Origin: Phyllobates terribilis
Lineage: Eukaryota
Length of the DNA stretch: 64,000 nucleotides
Direction of reading: 5' to 3'
Assembly: GCF_046119375.1 (NCBI RefSeq)
Contig: NW_027362772.1
Coordinates: 206,336,001 to 206,400,000 of the forward strand
The notes under the pieces are model-generated. The model was not told the origin of the DNA and made no database searches. It saw nothing but the letters and a program-made list of their open reading frames with translations. This document shows, piece by piece, positions 23,278 to 35,142 of this stretch. Numbering within the stretch: position 1 is the first letter of the stretch; every line of letters begins with the position of its first letter. A program made the position numbers and the translations under genes.

Positions 23278-24338
23278 CTCCAAAGGTTCTGAATGGGGTA
23301 GAGGTCAGGGGAGCATGGGGGTCACACCATAAGTTTGTCACCTTTTATGCCCATATCAGCCAGAGATGCAGATGTTTTATGTGCAGCATGAGATGGTGCA
23401 TTATCATGCAAAAAAATGATCTTGCTGTGAAATACACGGTTCTTCTTCTTGAACCATGGCAGGAAGTGCTGTTTGAGAAAATCCACATACATTATGGAGT
23501 TCATCTTTAGCGCCTTCAGGGATCCTAAAGGGGCCGACAATCTCTCTCCCCATGATTCCAGCCCAAAACATTACTCCACCTCCTCCTTGTTGGCGCTGTA
23601 GCCGTGTTTGCGTGGGGTGTCCATCAACCAGCCATCCTCCACTCCATCCATCTGGACCATCGAGCGCTGCACGGCACTCATCCGTGAACAAAACAGTTTT
23701 GAAATCAGTCTTCATGTAATGTTTGGCCCACTGGAGCCGTTTCTGCTTGTGTGAAGTGGATAGAGGAGGTCGACAGGATGGCGTATGCACAGCTGCAAAC
23801 CTCTGAAGGACCCTGCATCTTGTTGTTCGGGGGACGTTGGAGGCACCAGCAGCTTCAAAAACTTGTCTGCTGCTATGACAAGGCTTTTTTGCCGCTGCTC
23901 TTTCAACCTGACGTAATTGCCTGTAGGAAAGAGTCCTCAATTTGCCCTTATCAGCACGCACACGTGTGTACTGTGAATCAGCTACATACTTCTTGATTGC
24001 CAAGACACTTCATCCTGATCATCGCACAATGTTGATTGTAGTCATGCCTTGACCTAAACACTCCACAATTTGTTGCTTCTCAGCAGCCGACACATCCTTT
24101 TTCTTTCCCATTTTGGCAGAAAATGTAGGCTGCTTAATAATGTGAGACAGCCTTCTTAAGTAGTCTTGCCTTTCATTGGACACACCTGCCAAACTAATTA
24201 GCACAGGTGTCTGCAATTGCTTACAGTGATATAAAGAGCCCTGACACACATCACCATCAATGAGTTTAACTGACAAACAAACAAATTCTTCCCTTATCAC
24301 TCCTAAACACTTTTTGCATAATAATTTGGAACACAGTG
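23278..24338 (-). mobile_element. Truncated DD37E (TRT-type) Tc1 element, copy 1
   Basis: End CACTGTGTTCCAAATTATTATGCAAA with flanking TA (24339-24340); MGKKKDVSAAEKQQIV; VLFTDEC; GVMFWAGI; FLHDNAPSH..SPDLYPIQ with 37 residues between D and the (E to Q) position; internal stops and frameshifts. Confidence 0.85.
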
Positions 24339-24410
24339 TACATGTGCTTTTCCACAAAACACCAGTGGTTCACGTAGTGAATCTTACAGTTCTAACTTGC
24401 CAACCGTGGT

Positions 24411-26110
24411 CTGTATGGAGTTGTTCAATAAAGGGCCCAAAATTAAGATAACATAGATGGGAGAGGTCTCTATGAATAGGAATTCCTAAGTATTTGATAC
24501 CCTGTGAGGGCCAGGCAAAGGGAAAGTTGGACTGGATGGAATCCTATATGGATTTGGGGAGGGAGACATCGAGGGCCTCAGACTTCGCTGCATTGATTTT
24601 AAAATTTGACCATGTAACAAAGTGATCTATTTCAGCCATAACAGCATGGATGGATATATGTGATTGAGTGATATATACTAGGACATCATCAGCAAATAGA
24701 GAGCACTTGTACTCGGTGCCTCCCACCTCAATCCACCTAATATTGGGGTTATGGCGAATTTATGAGAGCAGGTGCTCCGTCACTAGGATGTATAAGAGAG
24801 GGGACAGAGAACATCCCTGCCTTGTCCCATTGGTGATTGTGAAAGGTGATGAAAATGTTCTGACGCGCCCCCTGGGCCTTGGGACACCCGGAGCCGGACC
24901 CTTTTTGGTGGATGCTGGTGGTTGTAGTCTCCGTGGCGGCGACCCGGTTCGGTGGCTCAGGGCGGTCAAACCAGTGGCGGAACTATTTATGTGGTTTTGA
25001 TGTTTAAATGTCCGACTACGCCTCCCGTGGATTGCGGTCAGAGTGAACCGCCGCTCCAGGGCAGACCGCTGAGGCTGGTGTTGTGGGTGCAGCAGAGCGT
25101 AGCATAACTCCCCACGGGAGGAGTATAGCCTCAGGGCAGTGTATGCGGAGGATGGGGGTGATGGTGCAGGGCAGCAGCAGTAACGACACGGAGTCAGTGA
25201 TGCAGTCCAGGGCCTTTACTCACAGTTCTTATTATCCAGACCACGTCTGCAGGTAACGGCTGCCCACGTCGTACTGTGCTCACCAGGTGAGGGGCTCAGA
25301 CAACTCCCAGATAACTTTGGAGCGCTTCACAGGACCCCCTTTGTGTGTCCTTTGTCTGGCCTTTCTTACCAACCCTTCTGTCCGGCTGCCTCGGGCCTCC
25401 TCTTGGTAAACTTGGCGCCAGTTTCCCTGACTCTATATGGTGCCTTCCTAGCGGGTGTAGCGAGGGGCTGCGCCACATAAAATGTCACAGCCTCCTGTTT
25501 CTAGCTGAGGGTCGTTTCCTGCCTCCACTAGTTTCGGGGACCGGTCTCCCCCTTTGGCCTGACCCCTCCACGCAGGTGGATTCGGGCGTGCGGTGGCGAC
25601 TCGCCCGTCCGCACCCCTGGGATCCCTTCGTTCCTCGTTCCTGGAGCCTTCTCCGCTCCTCTTCCTTCCTTCTCCCTCTTCCAGGCCTGGGCCTCTGTTA
25701 CTAGGCCCGCCTCCGGAGCAGAGCTCATGCAGAGCCCCTGCTCCCTGCCACTTCTGCTCAGACTTCTCTGCACTGAACTAAGATGGTGCCCACCTTTTAT
25801 ACTCCCTTCTCAATGCACCCAGGAACTGCTTCCTCCCTGCTCCTGCACTACAGGGTTCCCCTTCCTCAGTGTTCCCTCCCCCCACTCCAGCCAGGGACAG
25901 GGACTGTCATGCCCATCTCAGGGGCATATTGGTCGCCCTGCCCCACGGCAATGTGGTGTAATGCATGCAGGTGTCGGGTCCTGATCCACACTACATCCTT
26001 ACCTGAGAGTGAGATATCACACCTCTGGGTGAGGTGCAATACCTCTGTAGCAACCGAGCCCTCAGGGTGCTACAGTTCCATTTATCTTCAGCCTAGGTGA
26101 CGTATTGCGA
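24411..26110 (-). mobile_element. L1/Tx1-clade LINE reverse-transcriptase fragment, split by a solo LTR
   Basis: Rejoining across 24861-26078 gives [55 protein letters not shown]. Confidence 0.85.
24861..26074 (-). mobile_element. Solo LTR of a third subfamily of the CSD-element family
   Basis: In element orientation it begins TGTAGCACCCTGAGG and ends GGCCCAGGGGGCGCGTCA, like the element 1 LTRs. 4-bp TSD GTTC (24857-24860 and 26075-26078); TATAAAAGGTGGGCACC and AGTAAA are conserved. Confidence 0.9.
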
Positions 26111-26488
26111 TACAGGGCCGTGATTTTGGCTATAAAAGGGTCCCCTAGACCCCTACCCCAAGCTTTTTAAGAGAATCATATATGGCGTGCCAGGAGACTC
26201 TATGGAATGCTTTCTCAGCATCCAACGAGAGTATCTAATTACAAATTTTTAACTGCATCTAGCCCAGGAAATACTTTGTGCCTAGTAGCAGTGTCTGCTA
26301 GTCAGCGGATTATCCCGGCTGTTAAGCAAGCTACACCACCTGTAGTTTGGACACTTAATTTTTTCAAAGGAAATGCTTCGGGACCACGGGATACTCAGTG
26401 AAGAGCATCAGGAGGCACCCCAAGGCATAGGGGCTGGGACTGGCAGTAGGATGCCTTGCGGTGGACAGCCGAGCTCGATCCTTATAAA

Positions 26489-26610
26489 AGCTTTTTAACT
26501 GCAGCAGCTTTAGTGGACGCTACTGGAGCTGGAATTACGCGGCTGCTGGCATGAGACTTGCCCTCCAATAGATCCTTGTAAATGGATTTAAAGTGTATTC
26601 ATTCAAATTA
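26489..26610 (-). pseudogene. 18S rRNA-derived fragment (~122 bp) embedded in the hAT 3' subterminal region
   Basis: Minus strand TAATTTGAATGAATACACTTTAAATCC..GGAGGGCAAGTCTCATGCCAGCAGCCGCGTAATTCCAGCTCCAGTAGCG..GCTGCAGTTAAAAAGCT aligns with the conserved SSU segment around GTGCCAGCAGCCGCGGTAA, roughly 85-90% by eye. Confidence 0.88.
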
Positions 26611-27116
26611 GAGAGACAATTTAAATTAAAAAGCTTAGAGCTGCCTCCACCACAGGGGGGCTCGCTCGACCCACCAGCGGACAGGCACCAGTATTGGGAG
26701 AGGGGGGCTGGCCGTCAGGGTTCACCGCGGCTCTGGCACAAACCCGGCGACGCGGAGGTGGCATGGGCAGGAGCGGACTGAACGTGTCGGCTTCTCACTT
26801 TTTGGATTTTAGAAGGGCATGACATGCCTATATCTGTGTCTCCCCTTCCTTTTACTCCTCCACCTCTTTTCTTTTCGCATGACTATATGTACTTGTCACT
26901 TTTCCATGTGTTAGTTGTGTCTTCTGAGCAGTTTGTCAGCTTTTGGACACCTTTGAAGGTGTTTTCTATGTGTTTCTATGTGTTTTTGTTTGCCTGCCAT
27001 TGGTTCTAACGGTGTTCGAAGGTGTTCGACGAACAGTTCGACGAACAGTTCGGCGAACACACGGGTGTTCGACGAACTGAACCGAACTCGAACACTACGG
27101 GGGTGGCTCAACACTA

Positions 27117-29071
27117 GTTACATGTCGCTGACTGGGCACTGGGTAACTATGGTGACAGCAGGACAACGGGCTGCTGTCCAAGTCTTGCCGTCCCCACGAG
27201 TTGTGCGTCAATCCTCTTTATGTCAAAGTTCCTCCACTGCTTCTGCCTCCTCAACCTCCTCTCGGTCTTCCACCTGCACCCAAAGCCTGTCTGGTCATGC
27301 CACAAGCTTTCTAACTGCGCAGAAGGGATCCTGCACACCTCCTTACTATGCTGGCAGTAGGGCTCAACGTCATCAGGCGGTTTTTACTTTGAAATGTCTG
27401 GGAAATGTGAGTCACACAGCTGAGGAGTTGTGGTCAGCTCTGGAGAACCAATTTCATGAATGGTTGTCTCCACTGGACCTGAAACCAGGGAAGGCCGTGT
27501 GCGACAATGCTGCAAACCTGGGTGCGGCCCTTCGCCGGGGCAATGTCACACACGTGCCTTGTATGGCTCACGTGTTGAACCTGGTTGTCCAGCAATTTTT
27601 AGCCCACTATCCCAGACTAGATGGCCTTCTGCAGAGGGCACGGTCGCTGTGTGCTCACTTCCGCCGTTCGCATCCCGCAGCTCAGCGACTTACATCTCTA
27701 CAGAAGTCGTTGGGCCTGCCACTTCACCGGCTAAAATGCGATGTGCCTACCCGGTGGAATTCAACTCTGCACATGTTGCAGCGACTGTGGCAGCACCGAC
27801 AAGCCCTGGTGCAATACGTTCTGACGTATAGCCTGGGCCAACGAGATCCAGAGGTGGGGCAAATCACGCTGGAGGAGTGTTCTCAGATCAGGGACCTATG
27901 CACCCTTCTGCACAGTTTTGAAATGGCGACGAAGATGTTTAGTGCTGACGATGCCATTATCAGCATGACTATTCCGGTGATTTACATGCTGGAGCACATG
28001 TTAAACAGAATTCGGAGTCAGGTGGTGGCACAAGAGGAGGTGGAGGAAGTAGAGGAGGAGGAGTTGTATGCGGAAGGGCTAACATCTGCAAGGTCCAGAC
28101 GGTCGGCAGCACCAAGGCGGCAGGCATGTGAGGGTGGGGGAGATGGTTTTACCAGGGCGCATGGTAGCAGCCAAACTAGTGAGGAAGGTGCAGGAGCCCA
28201 GGAAGAAGTGGAGGACGAACTGATGGAAGACTCATCTGATGAGGGAGACCTTGATCACATTTCTGTTGTGCGAGGTTGGGGGGAGAGGACAGAGGAAGGA
28301 AGCATGATTGTTACCTCGCCACCAACACAACAGGGACTTGGTGCTCCTGGATGCGCAACACACATGAGTGCCTTCTTGCTGCACTACCTGCAACATGACC
28401 CTCGAATTGTGAGAATTAGAAATAATCCTGACTACTGGGTTGCCACACTGTTAGATCCCCGGTACAAAAGTAAATTTGCAGAAATTATTCCTGCCATAGA
28501 AAGGGATGCACGCATGCAGGAGTATCAGCAGAGACTGTTGCAGAATCTTACATGTGCTTTTCCACAAAATACCAGTGGTGCACATAGTGAAACTCACAGT
28601 TCCAACTTGCCAACCGTGGGACCGTCAAGTGTTCAGCACTCAAACCGTAACAGAACCACAGTATCTGCTGGTAACATCAATTTTGCGGAATCATTTCACC
28701 ACTTTTTTAGCCCATCCTTTGCAAGGCCACAGGAGACAAGAAGTCTGACACATAGTCAACGCCTAGAGACGATGGTACAGGAGTATCTCCAAGTAAACAT
28801 TGAAGCCATGACTGTGTCACTGGACCCTTGCTCTTTTTGGGCTTCCAATCTGGATAAATGGCCGGAGCTAGCCACTTACGCCTTGGAGATCTTGTCATGC
28901 ACCGCAGCCAGCGTTCTGTCTGAACGTGTGTTCAGCGCTGCTGGTGGTGTGCTGACAGATAAGCGCACGCGGCTCTCCACTGATAATGTAGACAGACTCA
29001 CGTTCATAAAGATGAACAAATCATGGATCCGAAATGACTTTTCTACCCCTGTGTCATCCTGGGGAGAGTAA
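27117..29071 (+). pseudogene. hAT transposase, C-terminal half (catalytic core and hATC dimerisation domain)
   Basis: 650 open codons from YMSLTGHW, including VCDNAANL, PCMAHVLNL, CDVPTRWNSTLHML, LDPRYK and SERVFSAAG..RTRLSTDNV. Preceded directly by an internal hAT right TIR ending at 27116. Confidence 0.92.
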
Positions 29072-29109
29072 AAGCTTGATGATTGGTTAAAATCACCCTA
29101 CCAACCGTT

Positions 29110-29388
29110 TTAAGCTTTCAAATTACTAATCATGTTTATCTGTATCTTGGCTGGAAAATAATTTGGGCTTTGTAGCAGTGTGCAGCACTGATTCTATTAG
29201 GCCATCTATAATAAGCTCCACCAGATTTAAAATTACTAATCATGTTTATCTGTATCTTGACTGGAAAATAATTTGGGCTTTGTAGCAGTGTGCAGCACTG
29301 ATCCTATTAGGCCATCTATACTAAGCTTCACCAGATTTAAAATTAATAATAATTTTTAGCTGCATCTAGCCCGGAAAATAATTTTGGG
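29110..29388. repeat. ~2.5 copies of a 110-bp unit related to the upstream satellite
   Basis: TAATCATGTTTATC at 29127 and 29237. The shared blocks CTATTAG.CCATCTATA, TGCATCTAGC and ATTTGGGCTT..TAGCAGTGTG also occur in 18977-21460. Confidence 0.8.
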
Positions 29389-29506
29389 GCTCCGAGATGC
29401 GCAAGACACATAAGTGCCTTCTTGCTGCACTACCTGCAACATGACCCTCATATTGTCAGAATTCGAAGTAATCATGACTACTGGGTTGCCACACTCTTAG
29501 ATCCCC
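29389..29506 (+). pseudogene. Fragment of a second, paralogous hAT transposase
   Basis: Encodes ..LLHYLQHDPHIVRIRSNHDYWVATLLDP, paralogous to ~28350-28460. Its continuation (CATGTGCTTTTCCACAAAAC..CCAACCGTGG) resumes after the Tc1 TA site at 30883-30952 and 24341-24410. Confidence 0.75.
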
Positions 29507-30880
29507 CAAACTTTTCGATCAACCTTTTCATTTTAATAAAGACCAAAAAAATGGTCATTTTTGAAATTATAAGCATTAGCAGGTTATTAGAAACTGAAAT
29601 CAAACAGTTTTCAACTCAAAACTTTATTCTAGGTGATGTTACATTTTCACATAGGACCCCTTGTTCGAAAGGAGCTTCTGAACTCTCTCGTCCATTGAAT
29701 TTGTCAGGTTTTGAATGGTTTCTGCTTCAATTGTTTTGCATGAGGACAGAATACCCTCCCAGAGCTGTTGCTTAGATGTGAACTGCCTCCCGCCATCATA
29801 GACACTCCATTTGATGATGCTCCAGAGGTTCTGAATGGGGTAGAGGTCAGGGGAGCATGGGGGTCACACCATAAGTTTGTCCCCTTTTATGCCCATATCA
29901 GCCAGAGATGCAGATGTTTTATGTGCAGCATGAGATGGTGCATTATCATGCAAAAAAATGATCTTGCTGTGAAATACACGGTTCTTCTTCTTGAACCATG
30001 GCAGGAAGTGCTGTTTGAGAAAATCCACATACATTATGGAGTTCATCTTTAGCGCCTTCAGGGATCCTAAAGGGGCCGACAATCTCTCTCCCCATGATTC
30101 CAGCCCAAAACATTACTCCACCTCCTCCTTGTTGGCGCTGTAGCCGTGTTTGCGTGGGGTGTCCATCAACCAGCCATCCTCCACTCCATACATCTGGGCC
30201 ATCGAGCGCTGCACGGCACTCATCCGTGAACAAAACAGTTTTGAAATCAGTCTTCATGTAATGTTTGGCCCACTGGAGCCGTTTCTGCTTGTGTGAAGTG
30301 GATAGAGGAGGTCGACAGGATGGCGTATGCACAGCTGCAAACCTCTGAAGGACCCTGCATCTTGTTGTTCGGGGGACGTTGGAGGCACCAGCAGCTTCAA
30401 AAACTTGTCTGCTGCTATGACAAGGCTTTTTTGCCGCTGCTCTTTTAACCTGACGTAATTGCCTGTAGGAAAGAGTCCTCAATTTGCCCTTATCAGCACG
30501 CACACGTGTGTACTGTGAATCAGCTACATACTTCTTGATTGCCAAGACACTTCATCCTGATCATCGCACAATGTTGATTGTAGTCATGCCTTGACCTAAA
30601 CACTCCACAATTTGTTGCTTCTCAGCAGCCGACACGTCCTTTTTCTTTCCCATTTTGGCAGAAAATGTAGGCTGCTTAATAATGTGAGACAGCCTTCTTA
30701 AGTAGTCTTGCCTTTCATTGGACACACCTGCCAAACTAATTAGCACAGGTGTCTGCAATTGCTTACAGTGATATAAAGAGCCCTGACACACATCACCATC
30801 AATGAGTTTAACTGACAAACAAACAAATTCTTCCCTTATCACTCCTAAACACTTTTTGCATAATAATTTGGAACACAGTG
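29507..30880 (-). mobile_element. DD37E (TRT-type) Tc1 element, copy 2 (degraded CDS ~30653-29639; other TIR lost)
   Basis: Same as copy 1 at offset 6542, but extends to the C-terminus ..NKGSYVKM*. Confidence 0.85.
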
Positions 30881-30952
30881 TACATGTGCTTTTCCACAAA
30901 ACACCAGTGGTTCACGTAGTGAATCTTACAGTTCTAACTTGCCAACCGTGGT

Positions 30953-32652
30953 CTGTATGGAGTTGTTCAATAAAGGGCCCAAAATTAAGATAACATAGAT
31001 GGGAGAGGTCTCTATGAATAGGAATTCCTAAGTATTTGATACCCTGTGAGGGCCAGGCAAAGGGAAAGTTGGACTGGATGGAATCCTGTATGGATTTGGG
31101 GAGGGAGACATCGAGGGCCTCAGACGTCGCCGCATTGATTTTAAAATTTGACCATGTAACAAAATGATCTATTTCAGCCATAACAGCATGGATGGATATA
31201 TGTGATTGAGTGATATATACTAGGACATCATCAGCAAATAGAGAGCACTTGTACTAGGTGCCTCCCACCTCAATCCACCTAATATTGGGGTTATGGCGAA
31301 TTGATGAGAGCAGGTGCTCCGTCACTAGGATGTATAAGAGAGGGGACAGAGGACATCCCTGCCTTGTCCCATTGGTGATTGTGAAAGGTGATGAAAATGT
31401 TCTGATGCACCCCCTGGGCCTTGGGACACCCGGAGCCGGACCCTTTTTGGTGGATGCTGGTGGTTGTAGTCTTCGTGACGGCGACCCGGTTCCGTGGCTC
31501 AGGGTGGTCAAACCAGTGGCGGAACTATTTATGTGGTTTTGATGTTTAAATGTCAGACTACGCCACCCGTGGATTGCGGTCAGAGTGAACCGCCGCTGCA
31601 GGGCAGACCGCTGAGGCTGGTGTTATGGGTGCAGCAGAGCGTAGCATAACTCCCCACGGGAGGAGTATAGCCTCAGGGCAGTGTATGCGGAGGATGGGGG
31701 TGATGGTGCAGGGCAGCAGCAGTAACGACACGGAGTCAGTGATGCAGTCCAGGGCCTTTACTCACAGTTCTTATTATCCAGACCACGTCTGCAGGTAACG
31801 GCTGCCCACGTCGTACTGTGCTCACCAGGTGAGGGGCTCAGACAACTCTCAGATAACTTTGGAGCGCTTCACAGGACCCCCTTTGTGTGTCCTTTGTCTG
31901 GCCTTTCTTACCAACCCTTCTGTCCGGCTGCCTCGGGCCTCCTCTTGGTAAACTTGGCGCCAGTTTCCCTGACCCTATGTGGTGCCTTCCTAGCGGGTGT
32001 AGCGAGGGGCTGCGCCACATAAAATGTCACAGCCTCCGGTTTCTAGCTGAGGGTCGTTTCCTGCCTCCACTAGTTTCGGGGACCGGTCTCCCCCTTTGGC
32101 CTGACCCCTCCACGCAGGTGGATTCGGGCGTGCGGTGGCGACTCGCCCGTCCGCACCCCTGGGATCCCTTCATTCCTTGTTCCTGGAGCCTTCTCCGCTC
32201 CTCTTCCTTCCTTCTCCCTCTTCCAGGCCTGGGCCTCTGTTACTAGGCCCGCCTCCGGAGCAGAGCTCATGCAGAGCCCCTGCTCCCTGCCACTTCTGCT
32301 CAGACTTCTCTGCACTGAACTAAGATGGTGCCCACCTTTTATACTGCCTTCTCAAAGCACCCAGGAACTACTTCCTCCCTGCTCCTGCACTACAGGGTTC
32401 CCCTTCCTCAGTGTTCCCTCCCCCCACTCCAGCCAGGGACAGGGACTGTCGTGCCCATCTCAGAGGCATATTGGTCGCCCTGCCCCACGGCAATGTGGTG
32501 TAATGCATGCAGGTGTCGGGTCCTGATCCACACTCCATCCTTACCTGAGAGTGAGATATCACACCTCTGGGTGAGGTGCAATACCTCTGTAGCAAACGAG
32601 CCCTCAGGGTGCTACAGTTCCATTTATCTTCAGCCTAGGTGACGTATTGTGA
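30953..32652 (-). mobile_element. Duplicate L1 RT fragment
   Basis: Copy of 24411-26110 at offset 6542; [18 protein letters not shown]. Confidence 0.85.
31403..32616 (-). mobile_element. Duplicate solo LTR (same insertion site and TSD GTTC)
   Basis: Its flanks match those of 24861-26074, so it arose by segmental copying rather than independent insertion. Confidence 0.9.
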
Positions 32653-33030
32653 TACAGGGCCGTGATTTTGGCTATGAAAGGGTCACCTAGACCCCTACCC
32701 CAAGCTTTTTAAGAGAATCATATCTGGCGTGCCAGGAGACTCTATGGAATGCTTTCTCAGCATCCAACGAGAGTATCTAATTACAAATTTTTAACTGCAT
32801 CTAGCCCAGGAAATACTTTGTGCCTAGTAGCAGTGTCTGCTAGTCAGCGGATTATCCCGGCTGTTAAGCAAGCTACACCACCTGTAGTTTGGACACTTAA
32901 TTTTTTCAAAGGAAATGCTTCGGGACCACGGGATACTCAGTGAAGAGCATCAGGAGGCACCCCAAGGCATAGGGGCTGGGACTGGCAGTAGGATGCCTTG
33001 CGGTGGACAGCCGAGCTCGATCCTTATAAA

Positions 33031-33152
33031 AGCTTTTTAACTGCAGCAGCTTTAGTGGACGCTACTGGAGCTGGAATTACGCGGCTGCTGGCATGAGACT
33101 TGCCCTCCAATAGATCCTTGTAAATGGATTTAAAGTGTATTCATTCAAATTA
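33031..33152 (-). pseudogene. Second copy of the 18S rRNA-derived fragment
   Basis: Copy of 26489-26610 at offset 6542. Confidence 0.88.
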
Positions 33153-33787
33153 GAGAGACCATTTAAATTAAAAAGCTTAGAGCTGCCTCCACCACAGGGG
33201 GGCTCGCTCGACCCACCAGCGGACAGGCACCAGTATTGGGAGAGGGGGGCTGGCCGTCAGGGTTCACCGCGGCTCTGGCACAAACCCGGCGACACGGAGG
33301 TGGCACGGGCAGGAGCGGACTCAACGTGTCGGCTTCTCACTTTTTGGATTTTAGAAGGGCATGACATGCCTATATCTGTGTCTCCTCCTCCTTTTACTCC
33401 TCCACCTCTTTTATTTTCGCATGACTATATGTACTTGTCACTTTTCCATGTGTTAGTTGTGTCTTCTGAGCAGTTTGTCAGCTTTTGGACACCTTTGAAG
33501 GTGTTTTCTATGTGTTTCTATGTGTTTTTGTTTGCCTGCCATTGGTTTTAACGGTGTTCGAAGGTGTTCGACGAACAGTTCGACGAACAGTTTGGCGAAC
33601 ATACGGGTGTTTGACAAACCGAACCGAACTCGAACACTACGGGGGTGGCTCAACACTAATTGTGTTGTTATTAAATAACAATGCATCTTCAAGTTAGCAT
33701 TAAATATTTGCAAAAATCTAAATGAACTAAATATTTAAAGAGTCCCCTTATTTTAGTTTTTTTTATATTCTTGATATGTCTTTTTAA

Positions 33788-35055
33788 CCCTTTCACGCCA
33801 TGGCCATTTTCTGTTTTTTTGTTGTTGTTTTTTTTTTCATTTTTGTTTTTTTCCTCCCCTTGTTCCAAGAGCCATAACTTTTTTTATATTTCTGTCAATA
33901 TGGCCATATGAGGGCTTGTTTTTTACGGGACGAGTTGTATTTTTGAATGGTACCATTGGTTTTTCCATGTAGTGTACTGGAAAATAGGAAAAAAGATTCC
34001 AAGTGCTGTGAAATTGCAAAAAAATGCAATTCCAAAATTGTTTTTTGGGTTTTTATTTACCATGTTCACTGTATGGTAAAACTGATCTGGCAATGTGATT
34101 CCCCAGGTCAGTATGAGTTCGCAGATACCAAACATGTAGAGTTTATTTTTTATTTAAGTGGTGGGGGAAAAAATTCAGAAATTTGTATGAAAAAAAAGTT
34201 TTTGCATTTGTCACCATTTTCCGAGACCCGTAACTTTTCCATTTTTCGGTATCTGGGGCCGGGTGAGGGCTTATTTTTTGTGACTTCAGCTGATATTTTT
34301 ATTGATACCATTTTGGGGTAGATACAATGTTTTCATCGCCTCTTATTGCATTTTATTGCAATGTTGTGGCAGCCAAAAAAATTTAATTCTGTCGTTACGA
34401 TTTTTTTTCTTGTTGCGCTGTTTAGTGATCGGATTACTTTATTTTATATTTTGATAGATCGGAAATTTCTGAACCTGGTGATACCAAATATGCAAATTTT
34501 TATTATTGTTTTATTTTTAATGGGGCAAAAGGGGGTATTTGAACTTTTGTCCTTTTGTTTTTTTTTCTTTTAAAAAAAAAAAAAAAATCACTTTAAACTT
34601 TATTTAATATTCCCCTTAGGAGACTTGATGCTGCGATTGTGTAATCATCTGTGCTATACATAGCAGTGCATAAACACTATGTATAGCAGAAATTACGATC
34701 TCCTATGAACGCCGGCCATGTGCCGGCATTCAAAGGAGTATCGTAATGACAGGCACGGGGGTCTTCTGTAGACCCCAGCTTGCATGACAACCCATTGTCG
34801 CTGATGCAATCATGTGACAGAGCCAAAATTATGCGCATCCAATCGCTGTGTGTTACAACCCGCTGTTAGTGATTGACAGCAGGATTTAACTGGTTAATAG
34901 CTGCAGGTGAAGCTCTGATCTACCTGCAGCTGTTAAAGGCACATGATGGTTAATTAAATCAGCGGTCATGTGCAGGGAAAGATGCGGACTGAGCGTCAGA
35001 GCCTGTATCAAAGTCAAGGACATGAGATATGACTTAAATATGTGTTATGAAGGGG
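33788..35055. mobile_element. piggyBac-like non-autonomous element
   Basis: TTAA|CCCTTTCAC...TGAAGGGG|TTAA; AT-rich interior related to ~51400-52700. Confidence 0.75.
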
Positions 35056-35142
35056 TTAATGCAAAAATCCCCATTTTCTTCTCAGGTAAAGGACTTGTTC
35101 ACTACTGGACAACCCTTTTTTTAATGCCCTCATTGTGCTTAA

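Larger units (their letters stand above)
18061..33658 (+). mobile_element. Composite hAT (Ac/ZBED-like) transposon, 15.6 kb
   Basis: Left TIR TAGAGATGAGC and right TIR GCTCAACACTA (9/11 match); flanks ATTGTATT (18053-18060) and ATTGTGTT (33659-33666) form a 7/8 matching 8-bp TSD; clustered GTTCG/CGAAC subterminal repeats at both ends; encloses a hAT transposase. Confidence 0.85.

Noticed and set aside
21579-23510. 643-aa ORF as a complete domesticated ZBED gene
   Set aside because: The last ~77 aa are read-through into antisense Tc1 sequence, and the ORF lies within TIRs and a TSD.
26489-26610. Functional rRNA gene
   Set aside because: Only ~122 bp, diverged at conserved positions, with no surrounding rDNA.
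26978-27116. N-terminus of the 697-aa ORF
   Set aside because: It is read-through from the internal hAT right end; true transposase sequence starts at 27117.
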